A stretch of 64,000 nt of DNA from assembly GCA_964234715.1 (NCBI GenBank), contig OZ174280.1. The stretch is one strand, 5' to 3'. Positions 13,363 to 25,615 of this stretch are shown piece by piece. The notes under the pieces were generated by a model that saw only the letters and a program-made list of their open reading frames with translations, was not told the DNA's origin and ran no database searches. Origin of the DNA: Podarcis melisellensis (taxonomy: Eukaryota). The number at the start of each line of letters is the position of its first letter. Positions within the stretch are counted from its first letter, which is position 1. The translations under genes and the position numbers were made by a program.

Positions 13363-14347
13363 CTAGCATCAAAAGGAAAAGAAGTGCCATCAGTAGTGGG
13401 AAGGAATGGCTTTAAAGGGACAGGATCACTGTAAACATATGAAACTGGTTTCGTCCAGGCGGTTGTACTTCAGAAGGCAAGCACAGTGCAGGAAGATCTG
13501 GGAAACACGGCTTCAAGCAGCTTTTTGCAAATTACCAATGATATCTTTCCCAGTGCAAAGCTATTCAGGTGCAAAGGATAGTATTTTCCCGATAACCTAA
13601 ATAAATCAGGAGGGAGTCTCTTCTTCAAAGGACTGTGATGGTGGAAGCCTGACCACAACTACAAAGTGAATAAACCATGTAGGAACTCTGAGCTTTCCAG
13701 TTGTATTACGCCACAGTCCCATCAAATTCTAGTTTCTTGTATTAAAAAATAAAGTTTTCCGGTACACTAAAAGGTTAACAAATTTGTTATGGCATAAGCT
13801 TTCAAGGACAGTAGTCCACTTAAATCAGTTGCATGAAGTATTATCCTGAGTTTCAGGCATGCGTTGTATATAACACACAGATGGTGGGGGGAGGGAGACT
13901 GTGAACAGTAAGAGAAGGAAACGAAATGCAGAAAAGTACAGGTGGTGATAATTATGTATTTAACAGTAATTATCACAAAATATGATTGAGTTGGTAACAC
14001 ACCCATCCTGTCACTGATAAGCTAAATAACACATGTGTGATGAAAAATCCATTGTATCCATTTAATCCATAAATTATAGCACTGAACTACTGAATTATTG
14101 TGATTCAGTGGTTTTTATGGTTAGTTATAGAATGTTCTAGGGTCCCAATCACAATGGACTTTTAAGAATTACACTACATATTAATTGGCTTACCAATGAC
14201 AGCATGGCAGGATATCAACTCAACTGGTTTTTGTGAGGCTGCTGTTAAGTAAATAATTTACATCTGGGTTTTTTCTGCATTTCATTTCCTTCTGATCTCA
14301 CTGTTTATATCCCCACCCCACTCCATGTGTATCTTAGATTAAGACTT

Positions 14348-14422
14348 TGTGCATCTGATGAAGTGGGCTGTATTCCATGAAACTTACACTGTAATAAATA
14401 TGTTAATGTTTAAGGTACCACA
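14348..14422 (+). mobile_element. Penelope-like element terminal remnant with a degenerate hammerhead core
   Basis: gcatCTGATGAagtgg-gctgtatt-ccatGAAActta...aataaa...gttaatgtttaaggtaccac. Confidence 0.6.
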
Positions 14423-16796
14423 AATTTCTTCAAAGAGACTCTAGGCTGGCAAGAGTTGTGTTGAGGACCAGCCATGTAGAAGGCAGCTGAGTGGCTCTAA
14501 TTCAATCCAAATTGGACGTAATATATTTAAGTGCCATTTTGGCTATTTTTAATTTACTCTTAACTATGCAGCTTTTGAAAATGATGCAGAGACACTTTTA
14601 AAAATGGCACTTCTACACTTAGCGGGGGAGTTCCATGCTCTTTTTGTAAGGGGAATTTCTGACCTGCAAATATGCATATTTTATTACGTTACAGAAAGTC
14701 CCACAAATAGTACTAGTTTCTGCTTTTGCAGTCTTGTTGTTGGCCCAAGATGTTGGGGACTCAAGAACATGAGGCTGGCTTAACAATACTGGAGCTTTTA
14801 AAAAAAGGCTCAGGTAACTTCATAGAGAAAACGGTCCTATCATTGGTTGCTAGCCATAATGAACCTTCTATGTTTAGAGGCAGAACCTCTCTACCCAATG
14901 CAGAAAAAGAATCAGGGGATATTTATCTCCATTATGGCCTACTTGCATGCTTGCCAGGGAGGTGTGTGGCTAGTCAGTGTTAAACAAAATATTGTGCTGG
15001 AGCCGTTGGGACATTCTAAAAGGGATGTTTGTATACCCACATGTGCAGGAATTCATGTATTGGGCTCTGCCAAGAACAAAAGATTAAACTGCCAGGAATA
15101 GGAGACTCTGCAGATCAATGGGGGACTGTTTTAGGGACATCTTCATCATCTGCCAACCTGAGTCCAGCTGTACCTCCTTCTGCCCCTTCCCCTTGATGGA
15201 AAGAGTCTGGACTCTGGATCTTGTCATAAGTGCCAATAGTAGAGACAGCTATGTATATCCCCATATATACCTATTGTAACTGTACCATCATGTACATTTC
15301 AACTGCAGATTGTTTTGGGAGCCAATCCTGACTTAAAAGAAGGGTGCATAATAAATAAATAAATACCCAATTCATTGTCATATCTATGAGGCTCAACTTT
15401 TTAACCTAACACAGAAAGAGATCATTTAAGGTTTTGTGTTTTGCCATAAGAATCATCTGGTTTTGCCATAAGAATTATCTGGTTAGATAAAACATGTAGC
15501 CCACCATTCTGCCAGACAGTGGCCACTACAAGCATAAATAACAGAACAAGTGGTGTCATCATTCCTCCTGATCTTGCAAAACTGTCTAACAGAAGGTAGC
15601 CTGTGATAGCTCTCTAGGGCAGGCATAGGCAAACTCAGCCCACAACTCCCATCAATATAAGGCAATATAAGGAGGCAAAAAACAAGAATGAGAGACCCAG
15701 GGCTTTTCATCTAAAATCTTCATTTTTCAAACCAAAAGAGTATGCAGATAAAATATATCCTGCATCATAATGACCCCTTTGAGTTGTCCTCCCCCACCCC
15801 CACTCCCTTCCCAATATACCAGGCCAATGAAGTTTCTAAGATATTCCCGGCTGGTTTTGACCTTCTAAAGGCTACAGTCCAGAGAACTATACAGCTAATT
15901 CTGTGGGCCCAGTGGGGCTTTTGAGTTCCTTCCTCGCTCCCCTCTCTTTAAAGAGCACTCCCTCACACAACAAGCCAAGTGGCTTCGCAGAGGGCTGCTG
16001 CTGAAAGGCAAAATGTCAAAAAATCTCTTGTGCCTTATTTAGCCTAGCTCTCTGAATTGTAGGCCAAAGAAGACTCTTAACTTGGTTGCCTTGTTAGTGC
16101 GTTAGGTATATACAACTTTTAACACACAAACAACAGTTTACTTATTTGGTTAAATGGAAATATTGCAGCTTATTTAAAGTATTAAGGGAAGCCTGACTCA
16201 GGCTGGTTCAGGAGCATCATGGTCAAGAGTTGCATATGTCAGAATGAATATTTTCTGTGTACAAGATTTCTAGGGAATCTTCACTCTGAACTGATGCAAG
16301 GCCTCTGGTAGCTGCTGACTTTTTCTTCACCATGTTTCCATTGTTTTACTGCCCAGCATGTGAAATCAGGCATTATCTTGCTTTTCAAACCTCAGAGGCA
16401 CATAATACAAGTAGCTTACCTGAGCATATGGGGGCTACTCAAATCTGCAGCCCAGAAGACCCCTTTTCTTGTGACTAATCTCCCTTTGAGTGCTGAACTA
16501 ACCAATGGCTGTCATTGCCACAGCTGAATTAGTCACAGAAAAAGGAATGAAGCTGAGGCCACGCTAATTCAATTGGTTGTGTGTCGGCTCCAAATACGCA
16601 GGCAGAATGCAACTCATTGGACACACGGTGCCCGAAATTTCAAGGGAAGGAATAGTAAGTGAAACTTTAATGGTGTTAGATGAAGGTTGGTGGTGGAGAG
16701 GCAGGGAAAGGTGGTAGAGAATAAGGTGTGTTTCAGTGATGGAACTGCTGAAAGAAAAAGCTGTGTGCCAGACTTTGGGGCAGTCCACAGTCCTAC

Positions 16797-16808
16797 CTTT
16801 CAAGAGAC
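16797..16808 (-). CDS. NFASC: Neurofascin 12-nt RSLE microexon
   Basis: Long pyrimidine tract, then catgaag|GTCTCTTGAAAG|gtagg. Phase 2->2. Inclusion gives DY-RSLE-SDED, as in the L1 family. Confidence 0.93.
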
Positions 16809-18016
16809 CTTCATGGTCCATGTAGAAAGACAAGGTGAAAAGGAGAAGAAAGAATGGGAATAAAACAGAGAGAGAAGCAGAAAGAGCCTGATCAGAGAGC
16901 AAAATGGTGAAGTATGCATTTCAGGGGGAAGTCCTGGGGAGAAAAATCCACCTATCCCCCCACCCCCCAAAGGAGTTATTATTGTTGTGCACACAAAATA
17001 AATTAAAAATAAATAAATAAACCTGTTGTGCATCTACACCAAAATATGTATCTAATGGATTCCAAAAGCAAGTAATTTGCAAATAAACCCTAAAAAATGA
17101 GATGTGCCCTCAGATCTGAGGCAGGGAGGGAGGGAGCACTAGTAGGGCAGAAGTTACAACCCCACATGGCTTCATTAAATGTCGCCCTGAAAGGCAGCTG
17201 AGCAGCCACTAGCCTGTGGTCTGTCATGCTGTTCCAATGACGTAATGTGCTACAAGCCCCTCTCAGAAAAGGCTGCCTTCAGGAAAGAAAGGAGCCATGG
17301 TATTCGCTTGACCTTGGTGGAAATCAGGCAGCTCTGCATATGGAGGGAGGGGGTGCTTCTAAGTTACATTTCCACTGTGTGGAGATTGTACCGGATGAGC
17401 AGATGGCAAGTGTCTTTTGGGAGGCAGGTATATATTGTGGTTTCAAAATGAGTGGACTGGAGGGGAAGGCACTCTTATTCCATATATTACAAAGGACACA
17501 CAAGAGATTTGCCTATGCGTAGAGGTGGGGGTGGGGAATGAGTGAAACAGGAAAGAAACGCATTATGAAATGCATCTGCTCCTTTCTTGGTGGCTGTGTG
17601 CAATGACCTCTGGGGCCCTGGAAGAATACGGAATTGATTAAGGCTCTATGAAGACAGGAATTCTGACTGTCATGTAGCAGATACTGCCGATGTCAGAAAA
17701 CTGGCCTAATATAGACCCACTTCCAAGTATCATGAAATTGCTATCTGGGTTCACATGAACCCACTTGCCAGCAGTCTGGGCTGTATGCAAGTGCTCCTAG
17801 TTTTTAACAGGCATTTGCCAATTCCTTGTACTCGCTATTGCTATATTTTACACAGGGACCTTTAGTTGGGGATGCGTTGAAATCACCACTGCAACTGCAA
17901 ATGCTTGACTGAGTAGAAAGCCCAGTAACGTTACCTGAAAATATATGGGGAGCAGGAAGGAGCAGCCTGGATGGGACCAGCAGGTCTGAAGTTTTAAAAT
18001 TCTAGTTCTGATTTGC

Positions 18017-18041
18017 TTCTCTCTCTCTCTCTCTCTCTCTC
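18017..18041. repeat. (CT)n microsatellite
   Basis: Read directly from the sequence. Confidence 0.9.
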
Positions 18042-21000
18042 AACCAAATCAGTTGGCCTAGTAAGGCATGGTTACTGGAACAGAATGCTATTTAAGGACA
18101 TGGGCTTCCAAACATCTTAGCTCACAAGGAGACCATTATTCTGGCAGCAAAGTAGAAAGAAGTGACAGTATCTCTTTAATTACAGGCTGCAGTGATTGGA
18201 ATGCAGTGTGCACAGGCCACTAAGGATGTGAAGGGCATGATGAAAGCATATTAGACATGCTTCTATGAAGGTAGGAAGAGAACCAATAAAGAAAGCATGT
18301 CAGCACATATCCTGTCCACCTTTCAAGCGCTAATAGTAACTTTTCCCCCGGACTGCTCGATTCCTTGTGAATTTTAAGCAGCTAACCACTTTGCTTCTGA
18401 CTCCTTATGGGATGTGTCATTTTCTAACACCCTGCATTAACACTCTGGTTAATTGTAAAAAGAAGAAGAAGAAAAATCTGTGATTTTTATCTAGGGGGGA
18501 AGGGGACGACAGTTGTTAAAGCATTGTGCCTTCAAAGTGTCCAGCTTGCACATCATGAGTAATCACAGTTAATGGCTTACTGTGAATGCAAATATCACTC
18601 CTCTCCTCTAGAGGAGGGATGGGGAATTGGATCCAGACTGCCGGCCAGCTCTTTATTTTCCCCACTTTCCATGGACAAGGTTTAACAGGTAGATGAGGTC
18701 ATGCAGTGCGTGCTGCATAGAAGCCTCTACTGTCAGCTGATGGAACTTCAAAGTACCATGAATGACTCTCTGTAAGCACTAACGACCAGCTGATTGTAAG
18801 GGCTTCAAAGTGTCACACACAGCGTCACAAATGTTGGGGCTTATTATGAGCCTCACTAGGCACTATGTACAGGGTTTTTCAGGTCCTGCTGACTGGGAGT
18901 GTCGACAAAGCTGTTTTTGGCCCAGCAATGTCTTTACCTGCTCCACACCTGGTGCCATTTATGACTTCTGGTGAAGGGCAGCGAGGCATGGCTTGGTCAA
19001 AACAACCTTGCAGGTAAAATGAGGTTTCCCACCGCTGCTCTTGACAGTGGGAGCAACAAGCGACAATCTCTGTCTCAGCATTATGCCTGACTGGGAACTG
19101 TAGTTTGCTATGCTGAAACAAAACATGGTTGGTAAGACAAATCTTGGCTCAACACCCTGGTTTGTTTGGAAACAAACCACAATCCCTACTTCAGACATAA
19201 CCTTAATACCTGGGTATTAGGGTTTGTTACGCCTGCTGGCTACAAGGGACGAGTGAAACGGAAGCCTTCTGTGCATTTGATGGTTTAATGGATTACTGTG
19301 ATGTGCAAATTCTGCCAATGTGTGTGCATGAGGAGCTTAATATCAAAGCTATGGCATGTAACACAGTGACTTCTTCTGCAAAATGAGCATTCAGTTATAA
19401 AATCTAAGTTTTTGATGGGTTACTTCATTCATTCATACTGTCCTGTTTTCTCCTGTCACCATATTATTATAGTATTTGTCTCTTTATTTTCAATTTGTGC
19501 GTTAAGAAATTTTCTTTCAGATTTATGCAGAATTCTAGACTAAACTTTTATTCTCACAATGGTTTTCTTGGACAAGAATTGGTGATTCTCAAATTCTCCT
19601 GATATGCTTCATCAACACACTTTCATTTATTCAATAAAGTAAGTAATGCCTGATAGGATAGTCAATTAACTAGTGTTAATCATAGTTTTTCTTCTAGGTT
19701 CATTAGCTTGGAGAGTTCATAATCATCAATATGGTTTGGAATAATAAACTCACTAAGAGAACTTTAGAATAGAGGGCATGGGTTGGAAACCAACCCACTA
19801 CTTACATGAACAAGACAGTGCTTAAAGTTTCATGGGGTGACAAATTGGAGTGTATCCTCTAAATGTCTAGTTATGTTTACAAATGATCAGCCTTCAAATA
19901 ATCCCTCCATTTTAGATTTGCTTATATGGTTTTATGCTGCAAGATGTATGCATGGTACTTCTTTCAAAGTTCTGCAGGGAACTGTTCAAGCAGCTTGTTA
20001 TTCATGACACCAGTTCTTGCTCTTCATCATTTCAAATCAAGCCCTTTTGTATTTCTTTCAAATAATTCTGGAAACTCTGGAGGATTTTGTGGGAGCTCAG
20101 TTCAAAATTAACTATATCTGAGCAGAGGGTCTTACCATTAGGGAGGGTGAACCAGCCACCTCAGGCAGTAAATTTGGGGTGTCATGAAAGGGCAACGAAG
20201 TGTTCATTATTTAGTTTGTTATTATTGTATCTTTACTGCCAGGAAGCAGGGAGAATTGCTTGTGGGGTTTTTAGGTGCCAAAATAACTTGGCTGGTCTCA
20301 CGAACTATACACCTTGATTTGATGGTGGTACACCATTTGCTGTTCTGCCTCAGGCAGCAAAAGGTGTTGGGCTGGCTGAATCTGAGTAAATCATCCTGTT
20401 TGCTTAAAAGCACTAAGCAAGCAGAGATGTACAAAGAGCACGTTTGCTCTAAGTCACATAGATTAACAAAATGCTAGCAGTGTTACCTGTTTCAGTGCCT
20501 TGGAAGCAAGGGGGAAACAAATGTAAAACTTGAACGCAGGACCCATCTGTGAACAGCCAAAGAAAACACCTTGCTTTGGGAAGCTGAGATAAAAAGTGGC
20601 TGATGTCCTTAAAAGGTTGCCTTTGAGTTTCATAGAGGGGTGATTGTAGTGACACATGGCCCCCACTTCAACAGTCAAGAGAGGTGGGTTTGCTAGGTTA
20701 TACAGAGACGATCAACAAAATGAGATTGTCTGAGATCCTATAGAAAAGGATGGAATATGGAGCCCATCACAGGCTTTTGGAGAAAATGTATTTATTTTTC
20801 TCTAGATACAATCTGAGCAAGGTTGGGTTAACCTGTTTCTGGGCAGTAAATGCACGAGCGTGAGGAGGGTAAGTTGCTGAAAAACCCTGAAGATGCCTCT
20901 CTGAATAATCTGGTGTGTGAGAGAGACCAAACACATTGCTTCCATCTCTCCCATAGCATCTAGCTTTCTATCTGCTGTGGTGATGCTAATGAGGATTCTA

Positions 21001-21450
21001 TTATCTTTCTTGATCCATCATGTAGTGCAAATTTCCTGGGACTGTACCATTTCAGACTACACATGAAGCACTGCACATCTGAATGCCCCTGTCCCCACTA
21101 TCTGCACCTACAATACTAGCACAAACATAAGCTAGGACCTCTGTTCCTCATGTGCTAAGTTTCCAGAGAAATTTTGATGTGAGTAAAAAAATCATCTCTT
21201 ATCTGCAGCCTGAAATGGTACAGATATAGGAATAGTATACCATGCAAGTTATCTGCATGTGGAGATCAACACCTTTTTCTTTTGCAGAGATCTTTGAGAC
21301 ATAATGGGAGAACAAAGGGTGGTAGAAAATGCACATTTATGGGGATGTGATATCTTGATGACTATTGAACTGACAAAGTTGCTCTTTTTAATAGGTGGGG
21401 TAGAGGGCAGAAAACAAATGCCTGTCACACATGCCAAGCAGGAAACATAC

Positions 21451-21520
21451 CTGTAATCAAACGACCCATTATCTACCTTCTGGTCATCAGGGTCCAGGGG
21501 TACATCTTTATTTTCTCGCA
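21451..21520 (-). CDS. NFASC: Neurofascin cytoplasmic exon
   Basis: acag|TG CGA GAA...GAT TAC AG|gtatg. 70 nt, phase 1->2. VRENKDVPLDPDDQKVDNGSFDY. Confidence 0.96.
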
Positions 21521-24315
21521 CTGTGAATAAATATTCAAATAAGCACACATTTTACTTTCATGTATTCAAGGCTGCGGTCCTAAACACACTAACGGGACTT
21601 GCTTCTGACTTGAGTGGGGACAGGTGAGCAATCCACCAAACTCCGATTCCAAAGCAGACTCTCACATTTTGATCTGGGCAAATCATGATATCAGAATGAG
21701 GGCTGTGGGCCTGCTTCTGCTCTTTTGAAAGAGTTTTCTGGTCTTTAAATTTGTAAAAATGGTTAATCCAGCCACCCTTGGCCGGAGCAGCTAGTGCTTT
21801 GAATGCAATAGAATGCAAATCCCTCTGGGAGCGATGGGATTTGATGAAGCTCCATCATTCTCATGAAGAAATGTATGGGAAAAAACACTGCTGCCCCCAG
21901 AATTCACATGGACCCTTCACCTCTCAAACATTTTTTTTAATACCTTGCCGTTTGTGCATGGATATTTCATGTTTTTCTTTTTAAAAATATACACTGAAAT
22001 GGGATGGGGGGACTTAAGTCTCATCCCCATGTAGAATTGGTTCAGATGTTTATGTGTCCATCCATTCCTAGGTCTGAGAAAACCTCTTTAGGATTGTGCT
22101 GCTAGCCTCCCAGCCTCTGCCGTCTTGTAGGTGGTCAGGAATTTAGACTGAAAATGGATGAGAAGCATCTGAAGAAATAACTGACATTGAGGTGGTTTTG
22201 CTGTTGGCAAATGTATGTGCAAAGTCATTTTTGATCACTTCCATGCTTTTAATCTCCAAAATATAATACACATAAATCCCAGGCTGAGCAAGATTCTGAT
22301 TCAAGTTCTCTTTCAAATCTTGTCTCCTGCCATTGAAGTAATCATTATTATTTCCTGCATCACAAATGCCTGGCTCAAAACTGTCACGCTAGTTGCATGC
22401 TGAACAGAGCGCAACAAATAAATTGATGTTACTATATTGTGAATAGTAAGGGAGCATTTCCTGTGCATATGGCGTTTAGAATTGTTGGGAAATTGTTCCA
22501 TGAGCTTAAAGCAAGACAAAATACAAGCTGATGTGCCTTATTTTTAGAACTGCTGCTGTAGTATTATTTGGATGCAGTCCTGAAAAAGCCGACATTTGCC
22601 GACTACTATCATGCAGTGTGATATCCGGTAAATAATAAAACAGAAGAAAATAGTAGTAAAAGATTATGGCTTGGAAGTGTTTCCTAAACCACAGCTATTG
22701 TAACGTACAAAGAATATTTCTTGGACTCTTAATATGACCATACTCATCTTAACTGCATACCCTTGGGACTAACTGAATACTCTTAACTGTGTTTTATAGA
22801 GATATTTAGCGCTCTGCTATCTTACTTTGAAACAAGGATCTCTAGACAGACCAAGCCAGGTATGCTATTTAACAAGTGTGCACATGTGCATGTGTGCACG
22901 CACATACAAACATACACTGGTTTGCCCTTAATTGACTAGAATGTGGGATTGCTCCCTAAATACAGTGGCCAGATACACCAGACAACTTGGATTACAAGCC
23001 AACATGGCAAGCTTTTCAGTTCCATATGAGAACCTTCCTATTTATGCCAAGGCATTTTGGATTGTGTGGATGGCTTTTGGAACTGTATTCTATTCTTGCT
23101 TTTAGCTTCTTGAGTTTTTGTTCTCTCCTCTTGCGTTTTGTCAAACTTATTTGTAGGTTTTAAATTGTATTTATACGTTGTGTGAATGAATTCTATTCAC
23201 ACTTTCGTACAGCACTTTGGAATCTTTTTGATCTACAGTGGTTAAGACATCTTTGGAATAAATTAAAAGCAACCAGTTTACTTCATCCCAATATCACATA
23301 GACCCTTTCTACTGGTGAATGTATTCTTAAATTACCACACTTCCTTTATGCTTGAAGAGACCCGTGAAAAAGTAAATAATTTTTGCAAGGCACAGTGGGA
23401 CAAGTGAAAGAAACACAAGTACATCTATCAGCTGAAAAATGTGAGTACATTTCAAATACCTCTTCCAGCAAATAAAAAAAAGGGGGAAGGGACTTATATC
23501 CTGTTATGTGATTGCCTCTCACCTCCAGATACAGCATAGTCAAAATCTGTATGGTACTTTTCTCCCCCTCCCCACTATGTTTAATAGTTCAGGTGGGATG
23601 GGAGTCAGGGATCAGTGCAATTGTGATATAGAAAACCGTGCAGGAAGAAAAGATTAAGAACTCCCTGTCCTAATGCAGTTCCCTAATAAAAAACCCTCTT
23701 GCATATCTGCTCATAAATAATATGGTTTTTCTCTTTCTTTTAAGGAAACTGGTCATGGATGCCCCATGTTATGTCTCTTTTGGACCTTGGCATAATATAC
23801 AAACAGCATGCCATGTATTTTAGGTAGGGCATTCTTTCCCTTTGGACTAAGGAAACAGATAATTGTTTCTGTATAACTGGCTTGTCATTCTTGTCATGCA
23901 CTGCAGCTTGATGTTAGAAGGTGCCTGCCACAATCCTTGTGTGTACTTAAGGGTCTAGCAGAAAACCTTCTTGCACACAAGACCTTATCAGATCTTGGAA
24001 GAGAACACACACAACCATAGTATGCAGTCCAAGCAGGTTCTGAGAGAGGTGTTTTACCCCTAAGCCCTTCCTCCTCCTTTGAAAAAAAAAGGTATCAATG
24101 CAATCCCCTCTAGAAAAAGGCCTTTTGCAAGTACAGAATGAGTAAAGACACTTATCGTACGTGGGGTCAAATCCTAACAAAAGTCATGGGATGAGGCTTC
24201 ACCTCCTACCTAGCTGGAAGTCCTCTTGCATTGCCTTTAATGAGATAAATTATTTTCGGTGCCACGGCTGCTAAAAAATGGTAGGACTAAATCCATCCAC
24301 TGGGAAGCCTATGAT

Positions 24316-24450
24316 CAGTGCTATTTTTCTAGAAAAAGAGGTGCTGGAATTCGCCAGGAACATCTCCCTTGTTTTCTTATAATGGCAATGGCACCCACGT
24401 GAGAGATGCCAGAACTGACTTCCAGTGAGTTCTGGCTGAAAAAAGCCCTG
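24316..24450. mobile_element. MITE with imperfect TIRs
   Basis: cagtgctatttttc...gaaaaaagccctg termini, with internal ggaattc / gagttc arms. Confidence 0.55.
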
Positions 24451-24542
24451 GATGATTATGATCAGACCATCTATCTAGATTTGGGAATGAATACTTCAAA
24501 CCCAGCAACAATGCTACACCAGTTGATAGCTATTTCTCTTAC

Positions 24543-24674
24543 CTGGATATTTCCCTCCTCTGCTTCTTTTAATGAAGCAAACTATCAGCAAAATCAGGAC
24601 CAGGAGAGCGATGGCACACATCAGTCCAATAAACCAGCCCTGAGTTGCAATGTCCCCTTGGTTCTTGTTATAGG
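24543..24674 (-). CDS. NFASC: Neurofascin transmembrane exon
   Basis: ctag|CC TAT AAC...TAT CCA G|gtaag. 132 nt. [44 protein letters not shown]. Confidence 0.98.
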
Positions 24675-25059
24675 CTAGTAGGAGAAGTTGAAAGAAAAAA
24701 CGTTAAGAAGAAATAGAATTGATACACATAGTGCTGAAAAATGAAAATAGCAAGCAAAAGCTATTAGATGCTTCCTGTCCCACCCATTCCCAAGCTTCAC
24801 ATTTGAGGACTGGTGTCTCTCAATGCCGGTCTTCCCAAATTGGCCTGGTTTGGATGCCACATGAAACCACAGTTAAAATGGAATTATGGTTGATGTAAAA
24901 GAGCAGTATGCTAGTACATGCTGCTCTAAAGTGCCTGTTGTGCCCGGGGAGGAAGCAAATCAAAGGGTGGTTATGTATATTATATGTGAACCAGCAGTTG
25001 TGATTTGTTTCTCTCCAAACCAAGCATGGAAGCTAAGGTTTGTTCTTTGCTTAATAATA

Positions 25060-25285
25060 ACAATATTTATACCCACCCATCTGGCTGGGTTTCCCCAGCC
25101 ACTCTGGGTGGCTCCCAACAGAGGACTAAAAACAGAATAAAACTTCAAACACTAAAAACTTCCCTGAACTTCAGATATTTTCTAAAAGTCAGGTAGTTAT
25201 TTCCTTGACATCTGATGGGACATCTGATGGGAGGGTGTTCCACAGGGCAGGCGCCACTACCGAGAAGGCCCTCTGCCTGGTTCTG
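25060..25285 (-). mobile_element. L2-type LINE 3' fragment
   Basis: tttatacccacccatctggctgggtttccccagccactctgggtggct...agggtgttccacagggcaggcgccactaccgagaaggccct. Confidence 0.6.
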
Positions 25286-25291
25286 CTCATG

Positions 25292-25615
25292 GGCTGCATT
25301 CACATTGCAGTTTATTCTGTTTCCCTGTTTTCCTAACCGTTTATTTCCACATCACATTTGAGCTTTTACACCACATAAAAGCTACTTCCAGAAATACACT
25401 AGAATATAGTGCAAGTTTAGTGCTTATTTTCATGTTATTTGCAAATGGATTTTTTTTGTAAACAAACAACATAGAAATGAGTGCTAAAGTTGTGCTATAT
25501 TCTGATATATTTGTGGAAGTGGCTTTTATGTAGCGTGAAAGCTCAAATATAATGTGGAAATGATCAGCTAGGGAGATACTGAGAAAATGGAATAAACAGT
25601 CATGTGACTGCAGCC
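25292..25615. mobile_element. Foldback MITE (PIF/Harbinger-like), 3-bp TSD ATG
   Basis: TIRs ggctgcattcacat / atgtgactgcagcc. ATG at 25289-25291 and 25616-25618. Internal inverted arms of about 90 bp span 25343-25561. Confidence 0.8.
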
